A DNA stretch of 62,733 nucleotides, counting the filler, from Choristocarpus tenellus KU-1152 (lineage: Eukaryota > Protista > Phaeophyceae): assembly GCA_964200185.2 (NCBI GenBank). It is 10 parts of 10 records of this genome, joined end to end, with 100 filler letters (N's around TTAATTAATTAA, not from the genome) between each part and the next. Parts side by side here need not be neighbours in the genome. Positions count along the whole stretch, not along the records: positions 49,454 to 59,509 come from CAXNAD020003178.1; positions 59,610 to 62,733 come from CAXNAD020022153.1; 8 more parts are not named here. The stretch is one strand, 5' to 3'. The notes under the pieces were generated by a model that saw nothing but the letters and a program-made list of their open reading frames with translations, was not told the origin of the DNA and searched no databases. Of this stretch, positions 52,083-62,733 are shown piece after piece; the stretch's first letter is position 1, and each line of letters opens with the position of its first letter. The position numbers and the translations under genes were made by a program.

Positions 52083-55000
52083 TGTTAAGGGGCCTGGTTC
52101 TGTGTGATGGACGTGCTGAGAACCACGACAGATGAGGTTCAGGAAGGAGGTGAGAGATGAGACTGAGGCATGCTGGGTGTATGTTGACAGCCTCAGTGGA
52201 TCAATCTTCAATGTGATTGGTTGTGACCTGTCAGAATAGAAGACACAATCTCGGGCTTTGCTGGTTTGAATCCACTGTTCATGTTGGGGTTACCACCTGC
52301 CCGTCGTGCATCTGACCCACACCACATCACTTGGTGTGGTGTCATCGGCAAAAGGTGACGCGCTCAAATGATTATGACCTAGTGTGTTATCCTCATTAAT
52401 GTCGGAGATTCTCAAAAAGATGACCTGTCCCTGACATTACCCCCTCCCCCAGTGTGGATTCTATCCGACACGAACACGAAACACAAACAAAAACACAACA
52501 CAAAAGTGACTGGCCAGCACTTAATGTTGGACAGGTCCATCTTTGGGAGGAAAAAATGAAAAAAAACATCCTGGTTGAATCAGTTCAGGGAAGGGAAAAA
52601 GAAAAGGTGGAGCACTAGTGGCGATCAGCCCTAGGTCGCACTCTAGTCCAATAGAAAAATTGTGTAACTGGGTGGAAAATGTCGCGATAAAAATGGCATG
52701 GACCTGCCTGTTTCCTACATGCCCCTGGGGATCCGAGTTGATGAAGTTTAGTAAAACTACAGCTTTGGTACATCAAGTCATATAATGGGGATTGTTGTGG
52801 GGGGAGTGTCAAGAGTGATTGGACAACTCATCATCCCTTACAAACACCTTATGTTCAACAACTTGCCTCCAAGGTGCTTGGTCAACCAGTACGTTTTAAC
52901 TTCAAATATTTCTTGGTATGCGTATTTGTTTATTTTGTGCGAATTAAACTATTATACATGTTGTGATAATATTTTCATTAATATGCATGCTTCTCACAGA
53001 TAGGACCAACCTGTGTTTGTGTCTCCAGATAAGGGCCATCTTTCTGCCCCATGAAATACCACCCAGACTGAGCAATGGTGTGGTCTTCAAAAATTTATTG
53101 GCGTCGCTTCCATCATATTGGTAGTGCAGAAGAAATATCTTCCCTATCGGTGGAATCTGGTGACATTTCACCAGGTCAGCAACCCACTAGCGTAGAGGCA
53201 TTCATCAAACTTTCCGGTCCACTAGGAGGGATATGACAAGTATTAGAGGAGGCCTGGTTGCAATTAGGTGGACGTCCGGTTGGCGGAAATACAAGTTCTT
53301 CAGCTGTTGCCGTGGCAGGTGTCTTTTGATTATGATAAGTGACTTGTTCAGTGGCTCTTACATGAGGGAGATCATCTGTGCACATTCAGGTAATTCAGTG
53401 GGTTTCCACCATACATCACTGGCCGGTGAATATCCCAGAAAGTGAAGCCAGTATAAATGTTTGCGAGTGGTCTTTCTTCCCACACCTTGCTTATGGTCAA
53501 CATTTCCCTCTACATTGTAAGACCCAATAGTTGGCTGTGTCTTTGACCCCTCATCAAGGTTTGGTTCAGGAAATACCCCCGGCCAAAAAAGAGTGAATTA
53601 AGGGTATCTATGTCACGTTCAGTGGTCGTTCCTTCCTTACCAGGTCTAAGTCTGACCACATGAACTATCACTTCATGTCGGTCTTTCAAGCATTTTACGC
53701 GATAAACAAGGAGTGTTACACGTGCCTTCACTTCCTAAGGTCCTCTCCACGGGGACAATAACTTGGGGTTTGGCGCATCAGCTGAAGAATGTGGTATGTA
53801 AAGCCACACTATATCTCTGGGTTCATGTAGTGGGAGTTGATGGTTCACATTCTTAGATTCGTTCCTTAGAGCTATATCACCAATATTGCGCTGGGCTAAT
53901 TCGTAAGCAAGCTGTAAACGTTCCACTGTTTTCGTACTGTATTCTTGTACGGTTATGGGGGTGGCCTCCGGAACCCCCGAAATGAGATCAATCGACAAAA
54001 TTGGTCATCTTCCAAACATGAGAAAAAATGGGGTTTCTTGAACAGTGGTATTATAGGCTGTATTGTGTGCTAGCTGTACAAGGGGCACTAATGAAACCCA
54101 GTAAGATTGATCCATATTAGAATACATGGCCAGCATACCATACATCATGGAATGAACTTGTTCACATATGCTATTTCCTTGAGGTTGATTTACCGTGGTC
54201 TTGGTTTTATGATATCCATACACTTTACGCAACTCAGCCAAGGAGTGTATTCTCAAATTCTTTGCCTTGGTCAGAGTGGAGTGTTTCATGAGGACCAAAG
54301 ATGGAAAAAATACGATCGATAAGAGTTTGAGCAGCACGTTTTTTTCTTGCTTACTTGCAATGCCAACCAAGATTGCAAATCTTGTAAGAAGGTTTACAGC
54401 GGATAACACATATTTTGCACGATCTGGTGTGGTCTTTTACGTAACTAAGTCAATAGCAAGCCGTTGAAATAGATGTGTAAGAGTCATATGTCCAGTAGAT
54501 AGTGGAGTAGGAGTGTGAGAGGTCTTCCGTCTTTGACATGACCGTCAAGTTTCACACCACTTGCTCACATCTTTATGTAAGGTCGGCCACCAAATCTATT
54601 CTCTAACGCAGTAAAAAGTGTGCTTGAAAGCAACATGGTCTGCACATTTATGGTCATATAGGGCATGTAAAAAGAAACCCTGGACTTCTGTTAGGGCTAC
54701 TACCTGATCTCGAAATTTTCTATTTTTACGAAGATGACAAGGTTGGTAAGATCTGTAGAGTAAGAGTTTATTCTTTCTCTCTTGCGTGAAAAAATATGAC
54801 ATGGTGTAGGCCATTTCCTTATTGGGTAATGTTGCATTACTCAGGTCTGCCAGGTATTGGAAATATGCTCCAAACTGATCATGTTGGGCCATGAATTACA
54901 TATAAAATGTTTATTAATGGTTCCTCTGAATCCACACAGAACTGAGGAGATCCATCGGCTAGATGAGGGTTTTACAATGCCTTGTTTTTCCATATCAATA

Positions 55001-56993
55001 CCATACTGATGAATAGTGTCATCTCTTTTTGGTGCCACATGATACGGTGGTCTACTAGCCAGTTTAGTACCTGGTTGTAGTGGAAATCAACAGAAGTAGC
55101 GGTGCAACAACCTAATTCATTTTCAGATAATGAAAAAGACTGGTCTGAATTTAGCAACAATATCTAGTTATTCCTCTCGTTCAGAAAGTATCAGTTGTGT
55201 ATTTTCAAAAGACTTCTTAGAAAAAACCTTCAATTCATCGCTAGCTTTCTTCAGTTCTTCGGGAGTAGAGGGTGTGGCTGCAACTGCATTTGTGGTGACA
55301 TCTGAAAAGGAATATGTGGCTGACACAGGGGAGATATGACCACCTACAAAATTAGCTGGTAGCTTGACCCCCTTTTGAGATAAATTGTCAATTTTGACTA
55401 AACATCCTCCATCTTCCTAAACAGTGAGGGTTCGACTAACCATAATATGTTGCCAGTGGGGGTGTATGTATTCCTCTTGCTAAACGTCTGTGCCAGTATG
55501 AACGATAGGTTCCACCATTGTATCGGTAGCTGTTCCTCTGAGAGCCTAAGAACAAGCTGGGACAAGCATTTCCGTGCCAGGGGGAAGGTATATCTTTTTT
55601 TACTGTATACATTGGTGTAGTGAACTCGGATGCGATCACTGAAATTGAAATATAAGCTGATGGATTTTCAGTATGACAAACATGTCTTGCAGGGGAACAG
55701 ATGGGAAGCGGTATAATTTTGTCAGTTGCTAGAATGCTTTTTTCAGTCTTTAAACGATCATTCCTCCTTATCCCGATCTAGCACTACCCCCAAAACTGAA
55801 ATGATGCTGTTATCCAATAAACTATTATCTACTCCCAAATTAGGTACAACTGCTTTGACCGGCATTGATATGTAAATTGAACAAAACCATGAAAAGATAA
55901 AGGTCTACCACTTGCTCCTTTTAAGTTCAGAGCGCCTGCTGGAATCTCCCGAATGGGTGCCTTGCAAACCGTTGGGTGGGCCTCAATGTATCTGAGTGAT
56001 ATTGCTGGCATGCTCATTAAAGGTTCATTACCTACATACCCAGAAATTCGTATGTGGCGAAATGACACATTCAACACGCGAGGGGAGTTAGAATAATGTT
56101 GAATGGCTGATGTGTGCCAGCAGTGTAAAAAGTGGAACAACAAATTTGAGGTGAAAAAGAAACTTCACTCACGCCCAAAAGAGGTTGTGAGGAGCAAGAA
56201 AGCGCGGATGCAACTGTAGTTTACATGTCCTGCCTGTTGCAATTCTTGGCTTGCTCACCTTTTCAGCTATTGTTAAGTTGTGTACTAGGTTTTACGATTT
56301 CTTCAGTGTTTCCCAACTTAGCAACAACGCCTTAGATATCATACCACATTTATGCCTTATTCTTATTCTGGGGAAACAGACTCAGCAGGTCACCTGTAAA
56401 TATTCTCACCTCTCACTCACTCTCCTCCTACGGTTCTTTTGACGGGGCTAAGGATCTGCATGTTTGGGGATTTTGAATTATCCTTCCTCTCTCCCTGCAC
56501 TTCACTGATGGTGCTTTATTTCTCGAAGTCATCTCGACTTTCTCGCTGGAGTCAACAACCTTTCGAGTTGGTTGCATTTCCTTCTTGTCTGCCATTGTGG
56601 CGTAGCCTACATCTCTGGTGAACCCCCAAGGCAGATCGGCGTGCGAACCACTGTTAAGGTGCCTGGTTCTGTGTGATGGGAGGTGATGAAACCACGACAG
56701 ATGAGGTTCAGAAAGGAAGTAAAGATGAGAGTAAGGCAAGTTGGGTGTATGTTAAGAGTCTGATGCAGATCAATCTTCAATGTGATTGGTTGTGACCAGT
56801 CTGAACAAAAAGACAAACTTGACCTTTGCTGGTTTGAATCCACAGTTCATGTTGGGGTTACTGCGTGCCAGTCGTGCGTCTGACTCACATCACATCACTT
56901 GCTGTGACCTCAATAGCGAAAGGTGACGCGTGCAAATGTATACATTACCCTCATCAATGTTGGAGATAAAAAAAAAGTTGAATGTCTCAGACT
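52083..56993 (-). mobile_element. Full-length but decayed Ty3/Gypsy LTR retrotransposon
   Basis: Homologous LTRs at 52083-52436 and 56652-56993. PBS TGGTTCGCACGCCG at 56650-56637; PPT GGGGGAGGGGG at 52450-52440; TSD TTAT/TTAT. Remnants in the order protease (LKGASGRPLSFHGFV), RT N-terminus (GIVKPSSSRW), integrase Zn finger (HALYDH..DH..FKHT, WWP), integrase core (PQGNSICEQVH, QLAHNT..NTTVQETPFFLMFGR) and GPY (KLLSPWRGP). Confidence 0.92.
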
Positions 56994-59900
56994 TTATTTT
57001 ACATGATCTAATTTCTTCGTTCATAATCTTACATGGATGAACCGTATTTTTACTATGGATATTTTATTGGATGCGAAGTTTCACAGTGAGACAACCTCAC
57101 ACTCAAAAGGTCTTGTGAACACACCCCACAAAAAAGGTGATGAATGCACAGTAGGCGCACATTGGCGGAAGTAGATACGTTGACGAGAGTAACTACCTAT
57201 ATCTTGTACAATTAGAAAGTATCTGTGGAGTGTAAATCCTCGTAATGGACTACTATCTAGTCACAAAAAAAAGCCTCATATGCAAGGCAACAATTTACCT
57301 TTCTTCTCACCGCTTCCGCACTATTATCTAATATCATCTTCGTAAGGCTATTTATTTCCTTCTGAAAATCAAGACACAAAGGAGAAATAGAAATTCAAGC
57401 AAAGGGAACCGCTAGAAGGGAAAAAGAGGCATGTAGATACACACAAAATATGGAGTATGTAGTATGGCACTACAATGTATGGAGGCATAGATGACCTAAA
57501 CGATCTAATGAGGACGATAAAGTACCTTGACCAGTGATGACACAGCTGCTGCGAGTGGCTAAGAATACGCACCACCGCAATGTGCTAAAAAAATTAGTAC
57601 ATACATGTAGGTAGGATGTCATCCACCATGTTTCGGTTCAAGGCAAAATCAATCAAGACCAATCACACTTGCAGTTGATGTAGGAACGGCTAGATACTCC
57701 ACATCAGATGCACAACTGTTGGCCATTGGCTGATGATTGGCACCACTGTGATTTCTTGGACCTGAATTGCACACTTGCTTGGCCAGACATATCCCTGGGC
57801 AAACAAGATGGGTACTATTTCGTGACCCTCTACAGATGATGAACTTGCTTCTATACAGCTCTACAAAACGAGTTTGAGTTTATCTGTAGTGGTTGTACTG
57901 TAACATCATAAGAACTCAAAGGGCAAAAGCTTCAACCAAAAAATCACCCAAGCTATCTCTATCCGTCATCTCAAATGTACGATTTTGGGTGTTTTTCTCC
58001 ACCCCCACCAAGAACTGGGTCTTAGTTCAGAAGAAGAGTGTGCAGTGCCACCTGTGAAACAGGTAGATACTTACCCCACGAAGTGTTATGCTTTTTGTAT
58101 ATCATTTTTGAGTATCCTCACAGTGTGAACAACTTATTCATTGGATAAGAATACCATTCAAGCGTTCCCATCCCCCACTAATGCAATCATCAAAATTTCA
58201 ACTTGTAACCCCCACCCCCCCACCTCTTGCACAAAACTATGAAAACAAAATATTTGAAAACTAAACATCCTCACAGCAGTAAAGATTTGTCATTCACGCT
58301 AAAACAAAACGTTTTAAGAGAGAACAAAGAGATGACAAGGATGAAGAACAAAGGGCTCTTCTTTCTCATTCATACTGAAATCGACAGGTACCAGAGACAG
58401 TACAAGAACTAACCATTAGAAATCCATTCACAACAAAAACAAATATAATCATTCTTCCTCCCCCCCCCCTAGAGCAATGAATGTCAGCGCCACTGGAATG
58501 ATCAGCATCCCTGTTGCAAGCTGTAGGGCTGCAAGGCTCCTCTTTGCATGGGGCTTACGGTGAACCTGTGATATAACATCAGTAACAGCGACATTGAGGG
58601 AGAAGCAGGGAACTACACAGTGCAACAACAAGAAGAATGAGAGCATATCATACAAAAGAAAGGAACATACATAAAAACCAAACCAATGCAATGAAGGTAT
58701 ACTTTGTTTCACCATACAATTTTCTCTACCCACCAAATCATGGCCCCCCTTTTTGGAGCATATTCAAGGAGGCACAGAGGTCACAATACTGTACTGTGAG
58801 ATCATGGTATTCATCTCTGCCAAAAATAGGTGTATCATACAAAAAAAAAATGTAAACCATTGAACAAGTCTGCACGTCACACTGAGCCAATGGGGTCAGG
58901 ATATATTCTTGCATCTCTCATGTCTTGGCATTGCTCCTCGAGCTGGGGCGTTTTTTGACACATCACCTGAAAAAACTTACATATTTTTCAAATCGTTCAA
59001 GACCTTCTTAAGACAACTGGCAAAAACCCTTCCTAGTTTAGGTTTGAATCATCATTCTCGCCTTAGTTTCCACAGCAACCCTGACAACTAGAGCTTCAAA
59101 CGACTTGAATAGAAGTGCTAGATTGGTGTAAATCCATAGGGAACACTGACAGGCACTTCTTCTATATCCCTTTGAGCTCACTGGAGTGGAGTGGCATCCA
59201 CTTCGGGAAATTGTTCGAGGTGAGGCGACAAATGTGCGTTCATGTCTAACACACGCATCAGGTTGACCCTCGACTTAGGCAGGGTAGGAACGGTTGTATT
59301 TGTATCTGCAGCCGCACATTGCAGAACTTCACACAATGACTTTGGAAAAAAGGAGCTGCACATTGCAAAAGTTGTCTTCACGTGGAAACAGGACTGCTTT
59401 GTACTGAGTAACTTGCTGTGCTGGAGGCACAACTGCTGTGGTGCGTGAACCAAATATTGGAAGGCAGTGTGCATACATTCACGGTCCATCACACAAGGGT
59501 AGGGGGGGGNNNNNNNNNNNNNNNNNNNNNNNNNNNNNNNNNNNNNNNNNNNNTTAATTAATTAANNNNNNNNNNNNNNNNNNNNNNNNNNNNNNNNNNN
59601 NNNNNNNNNGTAACTGTCCGATAGAGTTGGAAGAGTCTAATCGAACGAGACCCTGAGGTCATGATCTGTAGCATAGATCATTGATGGAACCATATACACA
59701 AAATATGACGACCTGCACTCTCTTGCATAGCCTCAAGGTCGTAGAGGGACTTTGAAGTCATGAGTCATGATCTGTTGTGCAGGTCATTGATGCGGCCATG
59801 CGCGGACACCCTCATTCATGGTCGCAATGTCGGTTCCTCACTGAGAGTGTGGCGTCTGAGTCACAGATGGCATGTTACAGACCCGTACCCCCCAATTCTA

Positions 59901-60102
59901 GAGAAGTGGAGGATGAGATGAGTCCAGGACGTCCCTAGGAGTCGACAAATTCATGACAGATGAATTCTGGACGCCCCAAGGAGTCAACAATAGTCCCATG
60001 TGGTGAGCTGAGAAATCTCTCGAGAATGAAGAGACGAGGTAGGACCTCCATGTAAAATCCGGTCCCACCAGCTTACCTTGAAGGACATGAAGCTCCAATC
60101 CA

Positions 60103-60358
60103 GAGTGAAAGTATCTAAGAGGGTACGAGTTTTTTCATGTTTGTCCATTTGGGACTTAGTTTCCCACGATTTTTGATGACATTTTCCTACTCTGAAAAGT
60201 TTCGAGTAGGTAAAATGTATACGTTATCAAAAGGTGTGTCCAGAACAAGGATATTGACACCTCCTAACAATCACGATAGAAAAAATTACATTTTAGTCGT
60301 AACATTGGATTTTGGCCCCCAAACGGACATGACTCTACCGTCGAAGATACTTTGACTC
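60103..60358 (-). mobile_element. MITE family A
   Basis: TIRs GAGTGAAAGTATCT / AGATACTTTGACTC; flanks TCCA/TCCG. Confidence 0.9.
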
Positions 60359-60359
60359 T

Positions 60360-61530
60360 CCGCAAGCCTGTAGCTGGTGTTAAGGCTCACAGACGGCATC
60401 AAAATGGAAATATCCTAAGGTATGCTGGATCTCTCACTTTGACTGTTCACCTCATGATTTGATTCTGGAATAGAAGAAGGGCTATAGAAAAAGGACTGAG
60501 ACATAGGCATTGATTGATATCACAATGACTAAATGATAAATAAATATTCAAGAAGCACAACATATGAAATCTAGGACTTCAAGCTTTTAGTGACATTTGT
60601 GAAACCGTCATTAGACCTATTACCTGTGACAATAGCAAAATGTGCAAACTTGAACTCAGTGTGATCGCTCTCAGTTATATTTCAAGTGACATATACGAGA
60701 ATACACGACCAAAGAATGACTTGTCAGCACTAGCTACAACACAAGACACTAGCCATCTGCTTCTTGTACATTCAGACTCCATCAAGAGCTTGAAACCCAA
60801 GAATCAATGGTAGGATCTCTTTGGATCCCTTCCTAAAAAAGTGCCATAGAAATAGAGAAGGATGTTGAGAGGAGACGCAGAAGAAGGAGAAAAATGTGCA
60901 AGAGGACAAGGGACATACAGATTGGATGCTTCAAGCTGAGAGATGTCCAAAGATGGATTTATAGGAAGTAGGTCATGAGTGAGCAATGGGTTACAAACAT
61001 GTATCTGCTTTGGGTCATTAATGAAGGGTCAAAAACTGCCTACCTCTAGATTTTAGTTGGTAAAAAATCTTGAGGCCTTGCCTTCTTCCTTTCTTACGGT
61101 GTTCAACAAAATACTAGGGAGTTGCATAATGTGTCGCCATCCACCAATTCCATTATGGAAAGCATCCATGCATTCTCGTGGATGATGGTGAGTGTACAGA
61201 TTGGTTTGAGGTAGTCCTATAAAACACTCCGCAAGCTTACTGTGATGGGATATGTAGCTCCAGTTCACAAGCCTGTAGGGTGAAGACGAGTCTTGTAGAG
61301 GACACCTTAATAGAATTATCGGAATATAAACTGGGTCTCTCACTTTGATTGTTCACTTTATTGCTTTATTCGAGGTATATGAAAAGGCTGAACAAACACG
61401 TACAGCCGATATACCGTATCAAAATGATTGAAAAACAAAGTCTAGAAGTACAAAATATATAATCTAGGACTTCACAGTCACAATCGTGTTTAAGAAACCG
61501 CCATTAGGACACATCACCTGTGACGTACCC
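60360..61530. repeat. Diverged direct repeat of about 270 bp (about 60360-60631 and about 61265-61525), possibly LTR-derived
   Basis: Shared blocks TCTCTCACTTTGA.TGTTCAC, ATCTAGGACTTCA, GAAACCG.CATTAG and ACCTGTGAC in the same order. Confidence 0.6.
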
Positions 61531-62733
61531 CCCAGAATGAAGCATAACTGCTTCAATGCGAAGAGCAGGCGATTGTGCAAGGAAATATAACGCCACTCCT
61601 AATTGTATCATGAACGTAGCAGAAATGAAATGAATGTCACTTCCAGATATTAACATATCAGTAGGCAGTGTTGGGGATCCAGCTGACAAGGAAACCTGGA
61701 GGAAAACCCCCTTTTCAATATTTGCCCTGACAACATATGCTAGCGTGACAATTGCACCTCACGGAACTCATTCTGTATTTTACTCCTAATTCAAGAAAAA
61801 AATCCAACACAAAAGTCTCACACTCATGTCAAATAGGGTACTGTCATAAAAGGATTCTCCCACTTTCAAAACCATTAACGCAAGTTAATACGGACGCCAA
61901 ATCACATGGAACAAAGAAATAGGGTATTGCTATAGAAAGACTCTCCCTCTCTAAGACCAATGTAAACAAGTACAGACACAAGAAGAATATGTCTCACAAT
62001 CATATAGAAATGGGGTAATTTCACGAAAAGACTCTCCCCCTTCAGAACTAAGGTGGTAACAATAGCTTCGTCCTCTGGGGCAATCGTAGTTTTTTTCACC
62101 AAACGCCACAACAGTTATAAAACAATGTATATATCAAATGAAAGGGTGTGACAAGCGCTTTTGAAGGTTTGTATTCAGGAATGTCCAGACTTCAGGGAAC
62201 GGGAGCTATGTCCCAATAAAAGAATAGAAAAAACGCGGGGGAATATTTCCAGCCTAATTTTGAAGGTCACGACTTCAAAACGGACAAAAATGAAGTGGTT
62301 GACTGAACCCCTTGGAAAACCTCAGTGTGGCGATACCGGAAACAAATCCTCAAGATTTCAGGACATCTTTTTAACATCTTTTTGTAGATTTTCTGTGAGC
62401 ACATACATGTTAAAGTATCCCCAAAATCATAAATGAGGATAAAGGTGATAAACCCGGCGAGATTGCTTGGTGTCACTAGAGAGATTGATTATATTTAGGT
62501 GGGGCATGCAAGGCCCCATAAAATCAGAAATATTTCCTTTTTATATGAGAAAAATTATCATTCAACTAAATACTAGCAGATGGTTCTGATAACTCAACCA
62601 CTAATTGATTGTTCCATTACTCCCACATATTTTACCATAGAGTTGGAAGAGTCTAATCGAACACCTTCCCTAGCTTAAACAACTCTTGAGAACTTACAAG
62701 AAAACAATTATGGATCCAAGGAGACTCCTCAAG

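Noticed and set aside
57560-59500. Coding-like minus-strand fragments
   Set aside because: No recognisable motif or consistent exon chain.

Overview
This is eukaryotic nuclear DNA, intron-rich and transposon-rich. It is probably a photosynthetic stramenopile such as a brown alga or relative; that is an inference from a bipartite plastid-targeting presequence, the gene structure and TTAGGG motifs. The window is not one locus. It is ten unrelated contigs (1-6591, 6692-9895, 9996-16481, 16582-22539, 22640-30922, 31023-39926, 40027-44592, 44693-49353, 49454-59509, 59610-62733) joined by artificial 100-bp N44-TTAATTAATTAA-N44 linkers. Genes rebuilt from splice sites are: the 3' part of a PDI/P5-like thioredoxin-fold protein, an intronless expansin-like gene, a 5-exon conserved hypothetical protein, a 4-exon small heat-shock protein, a TEY-type MAP kinase (truncated, with DLG in place of DFG), exon 1 of a plastid-targeted SAM methyltransferase, and exons of a coiled-coil protein. 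Mobile DNA includes a complete but decayed Gypsy element, two related Copia fragments, a LINE reverse-transcriptase fragment, a Sola2-like transposase relic, and about 20 MITE copies in several families that share GAGTCAAA-like termini and mostly 4-bp target duplications. The most interesting signals are the Sola-type MITE system with a matching transposase relic, a bacterial LigA-like BRCT fragment abutting that relic, and the intronless expansin. I cannot establish from sequence alone that any of these is undescribed.
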